A stretch of 64,000 nucleotides of DNA from Chrysemys picta bellii (taxonomy: Eukaryota), in assembly GCF_011386835.1 (NCBI RefSeq), contig NC_088803.1:124001-188000 (forward strand), given 5' to 3'. Under the pieces are notes generated by a model. It searched no databases, was not told the DNA's origin, and worked only from the letters and a program-made list of their open reading frames with translations. The position numbers and the translations under genes are program-made. This document shows, piece after piece, positions 16,801 through 27,134 of the stretch. How positions within the stretch are numbered: position 1 is the first letter of the stretch; every line of letters begins with the position of its first letter.

Positions 16801-19123
16801 ACGGCCGACGTGGTGCCCGAGGTGAGGAGGAGAGAACGGGAGCCCCGTGGCCCTGCTCCTGGGAGGGCTGGACGGAAGCCTTGCGGTCGATGGGGGGCTG
16901 GCGGGGCCAAGAGCCAGCACATTCAAAGGCCATGGGGTAGGATGGACTGGAGAAGTGTATATGACCCGGGGGTTCTCTGTGTGGGTCGTGGGGGGATAGG
17001 CTGGGTGCAGGGGAGTGATGGAGGGGTGACGTGGGGACAGGATGGGTGCAGGGGGGTGTTGGGTTGTGGAGGGGTGACAGGCTGGGTGCAGGGGGTTGTG
17101 GAGGGTTGGCATGGGGGGATAGGTGTGGAGGGGTGGCATGGGGGGACAGGCTGGGTGCAGGGAGTTGTGGGGGGACAGGCTGGGTGGGGGGATAGGCTGG
17201 GGGAAAGGCTGGGTGCAGGGCTGTGTGGAGGAGGATGGGGGGCAGGCTGGGTGTAGGGGGGATGTGGAGGAGTGGCGTGGGGGGGGATAGGCTGGGTGTA
17301 GGGGATGATGGGCTGGGTGTGGGGGTTGCTGTGTGGGGAGGGGCTGGGTGCAGGGTTGAGGGGAGGGAGGGGCTGGGCATGGGGTGTGTGGACGGGGTGC
17401 TGTGTGGGGAATGGGCTGGGTGCAGGGGGTGTGGAGGGGTGCTGGGTGGGGACAGGCTGGGCCCAGGGTGTGCTGTGGGGGGACAGGCTGGGTGCAGGGT
17501 TGAGGGGAGGGATGAGCTGGGTGCAGGGGTGTAGATGGGGTGCTGTGGGGGGCTGGGTGTGGGGGTGGCATGAGGGGAAGGGCTGGTTGCGGGGGTGTGG
17601 ACGGGTGCTGTGGGCGGATGGACTGGCTGCAGGGATTGCTGTGTGGGGACGGGCTGGGCACGGGGGCGTGGACGGGTGCTGTAAGGGGGAGAAGTTGGGG
17701 GTGGGAGTGGCCCGTGAGGGGGGGGCGCCAATGGGTGCTGGAAGGGGGAAAGGTGGGGGGCATGAGGTAGCAGGCTGAGGTGGGAGTGGCTGGGTGCAGG
17801 GGGTGCTGTGTGGGGGTGGGCTGGGCGCAGGGGCGTGGCTGGGTTTTGGAAGGAGGAGAGGTCAGGGGCGTGAGGTCGTAGCGAGTTGAGGCGGGAGTGG
17901 CCCGGCGGGGGTTGTGGGGGGGGGATGGGCGCAGGGGCGTGGACGGGTGCTGTGGGGGGACGGCTTGGGCGCAGGGGGTGCTGTGTGGGGATGGGCTGGG
18001 TGCAGGGGCATAGATGGGAACTGTAAGGGGGAGAGGTCGGGGGCGTGAGGTCATAGCGGGCTGAGGTGGGAGTGGCTGGGCGGAGGGGGTGCTGTCTGGG
18101 GATGGGCTGGGTGCAGGGGCGTGGATGGTTGCTGGAAGGGGGAGAGGTCGGGGGCATGAGGTGGTAGTGGGGTGAAGTGGGAGTGGCCCAGTGGGGCGTG
18201 GGCTGGGCGCAGGGGTGTGGACGGTTGCTGTGTGGGGAGGGGCTGGGTGTGGGGGTGTAGATGGGGTGTTGTGTGGGGAGAGGCTGGGTGCAGGGTTGAG
18301 GGGAGGGATGGGCTGGGTGCAGGGGGTGATGGGCTGGGCGCAGGGTGTGTGGACAGGGTGCTGTGTGGGGAATGAGCTGGGTGTGGAGGGGTGCTGGGTG
18401 GGGACAGGCTGGGCCCAGGGTGTGCTGTGGGGGGACAGGCTGGGTGTAGGGTTGAGGGGAGGGATGAGCTGGGTGCAGGGGTGTGGATGGGGTGCTGTGG
18501 GGGTGGCGTGGGGGGATGGGCTGTGTGCGGGGGGTGCTGTGTGGGGACGGGCTGGGCACGGGGGCGTGGACGGGTGCTGTGTGGGGATGGGCTGGGCACA
18601 GGGGCATGGATGGGTGCTGTAAGGGGGAGAGGTCAGAGGTGGGAGTGGCCTGGTGGGGGGTGGGCTGGGCGCGTGGGGTGGGGGAGGGGTGCTGTGTGGG
18701 GATGGGCGAGGTTGGGGGGGCAGGAGTGGCGCGGCGGGCGTGATTCGGGGAGATGCCCCAAGGCCTCGCCCCGCAGCCAGTGACCCCGCCCTTCCCCTCC
18801 CCCCCCAGGTGGAGTCCCCGACGCAGATGGACGTGGAGCTGGTGTCGGAGTCACCCGTGGGGCTGTCGCCCCGGCCCCGCTGTGTGCGCTCCGGCTGCGA
18901 CAACCTGCCCGTCAGCAGCAGCGACTGGGACAACGAGTACTGCAGCAGCGAGTGTGTCGTCAAACACTGCAGGTGAGGGGGGGGTGGGGGCTGCGCCTCC
19001 CCAACCCCCCTTCCTCCCTCCCTCCCTTCCGCTGACGCTCGCTCTGTCTCCCTTCGCAGGGACGTGTTCCTAGCCTGGCTGGCTTCCCGCAACTCCAGCA
19101 GCAGTGTGGTCTTTGTGAAGTGA
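10856..19123 (+). CDS. TOX4: TOX high mobility group box family member 4, 9 coding exons, ~604 aa
   Basis: Exons: 10856-10861, 13345-13413, 14036-14278, 14535-14792, 15266-15508, 15618-15689, 16126-16821, 18809-18972, 19060-19123. All GT-AG and in frame (1815 nt). [12 protein letters not shown]-terminus, [23 protein letters not shown] box [40 protein letters not shown], Gln/Pro-rich linker, C-terminal CVRSGC...[19 protein letters not shown]. Confidence 0.96.
10864..11480 (+). repeat. G-rich minisatellite at start of TOX4 intron 1
   Basis: Repeated GGGGGGCTGGTTGCAGGGGG / GGGGAGTGGTTG units. Confidence 0.9.
13808..14005 (+). repeat. Short G-rich tandem repeat in TOX4 intron 2
   Basis: About 4 copies of GGGCACCAGGGAGATGGGGCTGGGCCCTGGCCxGGGG. 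Confidence 0.8.
14810..15220 (+). repeat. C-rich tandem repeat in TOX4 intron 4
   Basis: Repeated CCCCC(T/G)GCGGGCAGCGCCAGG(G/A)CCCCTCGC units. Confidence 0.85.
16980..18720 (+). repeat. G-rich degenerate minisatellite in TOX4 intron 7
   Basis: Repeated GGGCTGGGTGCAGGGG / GGGTGCTGTGTGGGG units with internal block duplications. Confidence 0.9.
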
Positions 19124-19451
19124 GCGGTGCCCGTTTTGACTGCGGGCAGCGCCCGGCGCAGACACGGCTGGGGACCAAGGGGGACCATGCCCCCTGGGGT
19201 GGGGGGGAGGTGGTGCAGGCACAGACTTTGCTCTTCTGACAGGCCAGGCCTCTGGAGCTGATTAAAGTGGGAGGGGCTGGAGCTTTGTGAGCTGCTTATT
19301 GGGGCCAGGGGACATGGCCCCCAGCATCGCCCCCGCTGCCTGGCCTGAGAGTTCCCTTCAGCTGGGAGTTGGGAGCTGCCTGTGCCCAGCGCCAGCAGCT
19401 GCCCTCAGCGCCCCCACCCCCCAGAGCGAGGCCCAGCACTCGTTTTCTCGT

Positions 19452-19457
19452 TTTATT
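19452..19457 (-). terminator. Probable METTL3 polyadenylation signal AATAAA
   Basis: TTTATT on the plus strand, 18 nt downstream of the METTL3 stop codon. Confidence 0.65.
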
Positions 19458-19475
19458 AGGAAATAACCCCGCCCC

Positions 19476-22400
19476 CTACATGTTCTTGGGCTTGGAGATG
19501 ATCCCGTCTGGGTAGCGCTGCTTGAACTGGGCCACCACGTCCGGGTCGAGCAGGTGGATGCCGTCCAGCTGGTTGCCCAGTGTGATCCTGGCAGAGAGGA
19601 GGGCAGGGTTAGCGGGCGGGGGGTCCCGGTGTCCTGGGAGGAGCGGGGGGGGGGGGGCGCTCACCAGTTGGGCTGCACGTTATGCGGGCGGCCGAAGAGC
19701 TCTATCTTGCGGGTGCCAGGAGAGAGGCGCTCGATCATGCCGTAGATCTCGTCCGGCTTGTGGCTGGTGGAGCGGACCTGCAAGAGGGGGTGGCCATGGG
19801 GGAGCTGTGGGGAGCAGAGAAGGAGCCCTGGCCGCTCCCAGCAGGGGGGCCGGAGCGTGGGGAGGGGCTGAACTTACCTCAGCTACGATGACATCGCAGT
19901 CCAGGCCCCGGTTGAAGCCCTGGGGGTTCCCCTTGACCCCCACCTGTACAGGAAAGAGAGAGAGAGGCTGAGCCAGGAGCTGGGGACCCCCTATATTACC
20001 TGGTCCCAGGCAGTGCTCCCCCGTACCAGACAGTGCTCCTTGCCATGGTTCAGCCAGTGTCCCGTCCGCCCCGTGCGGATGATTCGCTGGAGCTGGTTGG
20101 TTTTCACCCAGATGATCTCATCCACGCGCTCGTACCTGGGGGAAATGGGGAGGGGGTTAGCGGCTGGGCCAGAGGGGGCAGTGGGGGGGAAGGGGGACCG
20201 ACCAGACACTCACCCCCAGAGGTTGAGGCACTCGCGTCCCAGCTCCATGGCCCTGCGGGGAGAGCAGGCGAGGGTGAGATGTTGAACTGGCCTAGACACC
20301 TTGTCAACCTAGCCTAGCCCCCCACATAGACTCACCTGCCCCATAGCCACACAGTGACCTGCAGCCCGGCCCACCCCAGGCCGCCTTGCATGCTCACCCG
20401 CCTCCTCACCTGTTGTCTGGTGACCCAGAGCCTCTGCAGTGTGCCGCGCCCCCCCCCCCATACCAGGCAGTGACCCACAGGCTCAGTTCCCCCCCCCCCC
20501 CCATACCGGCCGGTGACCCAGAGGAAGAGGAACCCTTCGTCCTGCAGCACAGGGATGTTGAGGCGTCGCATCTCGTCGTCGGTCAGGGTGCCATAGGGCA
20601 GCTCCATGTGGATGTCCCAGGGCGGGTCGGCCATGACCACCGCGAACTTGCCCAGGATGCTGACGTCCAGGTAGCGGATGTCGCAGCAGATCCACTGTGG
20701 GGGTGGGGGGGGAAATCAGAGAGAAACCAAAACTACCCACCCCTGTCCCCAAAGAGAATGGCCTTTAGCCACTGATGGGGCAGCAGGAAGCCGCCCCCCA
20801 CTGGGACCCCCAGAACTCCCTCATCCCACAGCTCACCAGCCACTATGCCCCTCTCCAGAGACCTGACAGCCCCACCCCCGTATTGGTGCCCAGAACCCCA
20901 TCGCCCCCACCCCAAACCCTTCCCTAGAGACCTGACAGCTCCACCCCCATAACGCTGCCCATCGCCCCCACCCCAAACCCTTCCCCAGAGACCTGACAGC
21001 CCCACCCCTGTAACACTGCTGCCAGCCCTGTGTTCCATACCACTTCCTGCCTAACCCCCCCTCCCCGAATCGATTTGCCCAGACACTCCCACCCCCACCA
21101 GTACCTGGGGGGGGAAGAGGCGGTCGATGCTGGGGTCCCCACCCACTGCCTGGGGCAGTGCCAGCTCCTGGCCAGTGTTGTGGTCCGGGGGGCGTCCAGG
21201 TCGGCACAGGCATCAATCTCGTAGTGGACATATTTGCAGGTGTCCATGTGGAAGCAGGTGTTGAGGAAGGAGCAGTCGCCCAAAGACTCATCTGTGTGCT
21301 TGTTAATGATGCGTCTGGGGTAGGGACAGTGGTAAACGACAGACATTGGAACCCAAGTGTCTGACTTGCTGTTCCCCCCCACTAGACCACTCCCCTCCCA
21401 GAGCTGGGAAGAGAACCCAGGAGTCCTGGCTCCTAGCCCCGCCCCTGCTCTAACCCACCATACTCCACTCCCCTCCCAGAGCTGGTGAGGGAACCTAGGT
21501 GTCCTGATTCCCAGTCCCAGGGCAGGCTCTCACCTGAAGTGCAGTTTGCGGCAGGGCCGCTCAGCGTCTGTGGCTTTCATACACTCCTCCTTGGTGCCAT
21601 AGTCGCAGAATTCCTGTACCTGGGCACGGCCCCGCGAGCGAAACTTCTCCACGATTGACTGCTCCTTGGCCGTGTTTGTGTTCAGTAGCTCCAGGATCTC
21701 CTGACTCACCTGGGGTGTGGGGAGAGCTTGTGAGAAGGACCCAGGAATCTGGGGTTCCCTTCTGCCCATTCCCCTCCCACAATCCAGGAGTCCTGACTCC
21801 CAGCCTTACCCCCACCCGCTCCTCCTGTGGGAATAACTGGGGTCTAGGAGATCTTCCTCAAGGGGTGGAAAGTGGGTAAGGGTTCATATATGCTCACAAT
21901 AGCCTGTACCAATGAATGTTACTAAATGTTAATGAGGTGTGAAAGAAGACAGACTGTATTGGTCCAAAGAAAAAGGTCTCAGGATCCCACCCAAGGCCAG
22001 GGTTGAGATCATGTCTGCTCCAACCTACTAGACTCCACTCCCCTCCCAGAGCCAGGGACAGAACCCAGGAGTCCTGGCTCCCAGCCCCTGATCCTAGCCC
22101 ACTAGACTCCACTCCCCTCCCAGAGCCAGGGACAGAACCCAGGAGTCCTGGCTCCCAGCCCCTGATCCTAACCCACTAGACTCCACTCCCCTCCCAGAGC
22201 CAGGGACAGAACCCAGGAGTCCTGGCTCCCAGCCCCTGATCCTAACCCACTAGACTCCACTCCCCTCCCAGAGCCAGGGACAGAACCCAGGAGTCCTGGC
22301 TCCCAGCCCCTGATCCTAGCCACTAGACTCCACTCCCCTCCCAGAGCCAGGGACAGGAACCCAGGAGTCCTGGCTTTCCAGCCCCGATCCTAACCCACTA

Positions 22401-24359
22401 GACTCCCCTCCCCTCCCAGAACCACGGCTGGGGCCTGTGTTGAGGCTAGGATCCAGGTGTCCAGCTAGTACCTTCTTGCTCTGCTGCTCCTTGGTGGACT
22501 GCTGGCTCAGCAAGCTCTCGATCTCCAGGTCCAGGTCCGACGCCTGCTTCCGAGACTTCTTGGCCGGCTCCTTGGCCAGCTCCGAGGTGGTCAAGGCAGA
22601 GGGGGTGGCACCGGCTGGGAAGGAACAGCACCCCCAGCATCCTGCTCTGCCCAGCGCTTCTGGCCCCCAGTGCTGCCTGGCTCAGCGGGGCCCTTCCTCT
22701 CAGCCACGGCGCCCATCATCGCAGAGAGTTTGGAGTGGTCAGCATAGGTGACCAGGGTGGGCTGCTCCTCGTCATCCTGCAGCAGCCCCCGGCGCACCTC
22801 GATCAGCTCCTGAGCCGCGAACTTCTGCAGCAGGCTCTCCACACTGCGCTGGGTGACGGGGGCCTCTGGCTGTGGGACAGAGGATCACAGGGTGGGGCAA
22901 GTGAGAGAGAAATGGGGTCACACCAGTGCCTGGCAGGGGGAGAGACAGGGTCTCCTGGGGGGAGAGATGGTCAAACTGGAGAGAGGATGGGGGACGTGTC
23001 AGAGGATCAGCCAACCCAGGGAACGAAGGAACAGCAAATAGTAGACAGAGCAGGCGTTGCTGGGAGAAGGCGGGTGTGTTTTCACATGGACAGGTGGTGG
23101 AGGGGAATGGGGCTGGGCCCCAGGGCACTGGCAGCAAGGGGGAGGGACCGGGCCTCTCACCGTGGAGATGGCCAGGCAGATGGAGAGGGCATCGGTGGGC
23201 AGTGCCAGCCCGAGGTCCGAGAGGTGATGCAGCAGCTTCTTCTCCAGCTCAGGGTCAGTGGCCAGCTCTCTAGCTGCGCTGCTGGGTGTGGGGACTGCGG
23301 GCACTGGGCTGTCGCTGCGGAAAGGTGACGCCAGCTCTGGGTTCCTGAGGTCTGGGGAGAGAGATGAGGCTGGTGACATCTGAGGATTGAGAGGTGGACA
23401 CCCCCCTGCCAACCTCCCCAGCACCCGCCCACTACACCAACTCCTCCCCATCCCAACTGCTCCCCCCAGCTCCAGCCAATCAGTCCTGTCCCCTTCCCCA
23501 CTGCCCCTCACCCCTGTGCCAGTGGGTCCAGCTGGGGGTCTCTGCTGCATTGCTGTCGATCCCCTTGTGCCCGACCCCATAGCTTCTCCTGCCACCCTGG
23601 CCCCCAATGCCTCCTGATTCCTGACCCCCTGTATCCCCAGCACCTTGATGCCCTAGTGCCCTTTGGGGAGCACCTGAGCCCTGTGCCCACAATGCCCTTT
23701 AACTTCTGACCCCAACACAGGGGTCCTGCTTCTGTCACTGCTGCAGCCACCCTCTGGCCCTGCCTCATGGTTCCTAATCCCCCCCCCCGCCCCAGTGCCC
23801 CCAGTACCCCTGCGTCTGCCCATCTGATCCAGCCATGGCCTTGCTGACCTTTGACCCCCACAGTGCCCCTGGATCTCACAACCAAGGAATGTAGCCTGCA
23901 CCCCTCCCCACTACCCCAGCCAAAACCCAATCCCCACCGACCCCTATGTCCATTGTGCCCTTTCACCTCCCCTAGTTACCCCAACCCTTTGGTATCCTCT
24001 AGGCCCCAGTCCCCCACTCATGCCACTTGCCCTTTGACCCTGTGACACCCCCTGACCCCTACTCCCCCAGGGAATCCTGCTGGTGTCACCACTGCCCCCT
24101 CGTGCCCTTTGCCCCCTGACCCTCTTCCCTTTGACCCTTTGTTTGCCCCTGACCTCCTTGCATTACCAATGCCCTATGATTGGTCCCTGACCCCGTGCCC
24201 CTCCGACCCCTGAACTCCATGGTCCCGCTCTGCCCTTTGACCCCCCACTGCCCCCAACCCCTCACCCAGCAGGTCCTGTTTCCGCCGCCGCTGGAGCCGC
24301 TCCCGCAGCGAGTCCAGCTGCTTCTTGTGGGCCTGGATCGAGCTCCACGTGTCCGACAT
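19476..24359 (-). CDS. METTL3: N6-adenosine-methyltransferase catalytic subunit (m6A writer), 11 coding exons; two apparent 1-nt frameshifts in this sequence
   Basis: Exons: 24266-24359, 23161-23351, 22472-22869, 21534-21709, 21105-21314, 20507-20694, 20214-20252, 20027-20135, 19878-19943, 19665-19777, 19476-19587; all [31 protein letters not shown] start, AKKSRK NLS, two CCCH fingers, catalytic DPPW at 20617-20628, C-terminus ...[13 protein letters not shown]. Exons 3 (398 nt) and 5 (210 nt) are each 1 nt short of frame. Confidence 0.96.
22027..22423 (-). repeat. 74-bp tandem repeat (~5.3 copies), tRNA/SINE-head-like, in METTL3 intron 3
   Basis: ACTAGACTCC recurs at 22027, 22101, 22175 and onward. 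The minus-strand unit reads GTCTAGTGGGTTAGGATC...CCTGGGTTCTGTCCCTGG. Related copies lie at ~6250-6380, ~21380-21520 and ~21730-21810. Confidence 0.85.
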
Positions 24360-25150
24360 GGTCCGGCCCGGCCCGGGGCGCGGTCTCCGGCCCGCCGCCC
24401 TTCCCCGCTCAGGCAGCCCCGGGCACTGGGACGGACCGATGCTGCTCACCCGGGCCGTGCGAACACGAGTAACCGGAAGTGCCTCGGGGGGGATGGAGAT
24501 AAGGAGCGAGCATTTCCTGTTTCTGCCCACACCGCGAATCCGCCGCCGCCATCATGTATACTGGCAAGCGACGGCCATCTTGGTTATGGATGTGTGTACA
24601 GAGCGGCCATCTTGGTTAGGGGTAATTTTAAAGCCGCCATCTTGGTTATCTTTGTTTTTAAAAAACAGCCATCTTATTTACTGGCAAACGACGGCCATCT
24701 TGGTTTTAAAGCCTCCACGGCAGCCATTTTTGACTGGGGCATAGTAGACGTCCATCTTAATTAGTGACGAATACTGATGTCTTGGCGGCCATCTTGTTTA
24801 CTGGCACAGAGGCGCCTAACCGCCATCTTTGTTACTGGCATAAAGGTTTTTGGCCCTTGTTGGTCATTGGTGTCGGCTGTACTTCGACTCCACACCAGCC
24901 TCGTTGATGGTTGGCAGAGTCTGACTCACCCCCCTCACAGGGCAGTGGTGCAGCCATGTTGGTGTCTGGCCCCCATCCGAGGTGGCAGCCCCCCTGTTGG
25001 TCTCTCGCATCAAGGTGGTGAGTCGAGGACATGGCAATCTCACTGCGAAGTTTGGGCGGCCATGTTGGTTACTGGCACCAGAGCATTCCTTGCCCAAGCC
25101 ACAATCCTGTTGTCAATGCAGTGGACCGTGGAGGGCAGCCATCTTGGTCA
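24360..25150 (-). promoter_or_regulatory. METTL3 promoter / 5' region with one ETS site and an array of YY1-type motifs
   Basis: CCGGAAGT at 24473-24480 and twelve (G/T)CCATNTT motifs between 24574 and 25145. Confidence 0.7.
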
Positions 25151-26139
25151 TTGGCACCTGGGCGCAAAGCCGGGGCTGATGGTGACTGGGGGCAGCTGCT
25201 TTTCGCAGACACCAGGGAGGCTGTTCTGGCACCAAGGGGCCTGAGCGCCTGGCACTGATCCGATCCTGGGGGTGACCATCTCTGGGCAGGGATGGGGGCC
25301 TAACCCTGCTCCCTTTTCGGCTGCAGCTTCTCCTGTCCCTGGCGTGCTTTAGGCTGGTTGGAGGATAACATTTGCCATTCCTCCAGCCCCATTGTGTCCC
25401 CAAGCACATCACCCCCTTCCTCCCCCAACATGCAGCCACATCTGGAGAGCAGCAGGAGAGTTTGGGGCAGCAGAAAACACACCCCTGAGTGTTTGCCCCA
25501 TGTAGAGCAAAGGGGAGCCCTAGATTGCCAGGCAGGTCACACCCTAGGATTCAGGATCCTGAGTTCCAGTCCCGCCACAGACTCACTGTCTTTGAATCTA
25601 GCCCTAGCTCCTTCCTGGGGGTAAAGAACTCTTCCCTCCCCCTGACTTTAGCATGGCACCTGGGCTGATGGGGTAGCTGCTCTGCCCTGGTGCGGGGGCT
25701 GGATGGGGAGAGAGACAGGAAGAGCTGGCAGATGCAGGAGGGAGGGGAAATGAACAGGGGTGGCAAGGTAGGAGGGGCGGGAAGAACAGCTGAGCTGGAG
25801 AAGGAAGGGGGGTACGACTTTGGGGATTAGTGCTGGCTGGATGTTCCCCTCGCCAGATGCCTCCCAAGCAGCTCTGGCTGGGTCAGGCTTAAGCAGCTCA
25901 GGAGCATTTTGTGAAACTGGCAGGGGAGGGGGAAAGAGCTGGGCCTGGAGCCGCAGAGCAGGGCTGGAGCCGCGGAGCAGGGCTGGAGCCAGAGACTACT
26001 TGTAATCCACTGGGGAGTGTGTGTGACCCCCTCTCCCCCCCAGTGCTGATCCACAGAGAACATGAGCATGTTACAGCCTCCAGCCACATGGGCCTGGCTC
26101 GTTAGTCACACTGTAGGTAATGAGGCCATCTAAGTGTGT

Positions 26140-26365
26140 ACATGTCGCTGCTGCTCCCTGCTGGAGGGATGAGCCCTGCCGTGTGTCCCTGTTGCCCCCT
26201 GGTGGAGGTGACGAGTCCTGCCATGTGTGCACCTGCTGCCCCCTGCTGGAAGAGACAAGCCCTGCTGTGTGTCCCTGTTGCCCGCGACTGGAGGGGACAG
26301 GTCCTGCTGTGTGTGTGTGTGTGTGTGTGTCCCTGCTGGAGGGGATGAGCCCTGCCGTGTGTGTG
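26140..26365 (-). promoter_or_regulatory. Short tandem repeat carrying CTCF-like motifs between METTL3 and the SALL2 3' end
   Basis: Minus-strand CCAGCAGGGGGCAGC (26235-26249) and CCACCAGGGGGCAAC (26191-26205), plus weaker copies in a ~42-bp unit. Confidence 0.45.
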
Positions 26366-27087
26366 ATACAGAGAAACGTCTGAATCTCCCTACTCACCTC
26401 CCCCTCCCATCCTCTCCCTGGGGAGAATAAGATCCGAGTCTCTGGGGATTTGTCAAACTGCTTTAATGGTGGACGCAGACAAAGTCCCGCTGACCCTGGC
26501 CAGAGTGGCTGGGCCTTTGTTCTACACTAGAGGGCGCTTCACTATGGGTTCAGGGTGGCTGGCCCTGGTGGCTGGCCCTGCGCCAGGGGCCTGCCTCCCG
26601 TCCAGTCCCCTCTGAGCTACAGTAAAAGTAAAAGACTAAAATGCCACTAAAGTTGTGTGGGGGCCGAGTCCCCGATGCCTGATCTCCCCACGGGGGCTGG
26701 TGCCTCTTGCAGCACGCCAGGGCTGGCGCCCCCTGGAGGAGAGAGAGAGAGATGGGGTTAGGGGACAGCACTGCTGGGCAGAGTGGGGTTGCACAACCCC
26801 CCAAACTGATGGCATGACCTCTGACATCTACCCCTCCTACTAATTGACCTCTGACCCCAAATCCATCCCACCAAGCAACCTCCTATCCCAGCCCTCTCCC
26901 AAGTGACCCCTAGTCTGCCCTGGCCCCCATGTTTTCCATCAACCACCCTCCCAGCTCCCCGCCCCCCAAGAAGTGGCTAAATTGGGGAATGAGCCCCATG
27001 GCTGGGAAGGTTGGGGGGATTTCCTGTGTCTCTGGGGCAGCCCTTCATCACAGCTAGGCTGGACTTTGGGGTCAAACTCCTCCTCTT

Positions 27088-27093
27088 TTTATT
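27088..27093 (-). terminator. Candidate SALL2 polyadenylation signal AATAAA
   Basis: TTTATT on the plus strand, 42 nt after the E3 stop; an ATTAAA alternative lies at 26462-26467. Confidence 0.4.
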
Positions 27094-27134
27094 CCCTGGG
27101 GGAGGAGGAATGTTACCTGCTGAGGACCTGTCGG

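Noticed and set aside
16060-19188. 1042-aa minus-strand ORF antisense to TOX4
   Set aside because: Low-complexity read-through of the intron-7 repeat and the GC-rich exon antisense; no domain is recognisable.
21880-21990. AT-rich island in METTL3 intron 3 considered as a snoRNA
   Set aside because: No properly placed C/D boxes or H/ACA hairpin-hinge structure on the sense strand.
19476-24359. METTL3 or SALL2 as true pseudogenes
   Set aside because: All splice sites, catalytic and zinc-binding motifs are intact, there are no nonsense substitutions, and each lesion coincides with a homopolymer. Sequencing error is more parsimonious.
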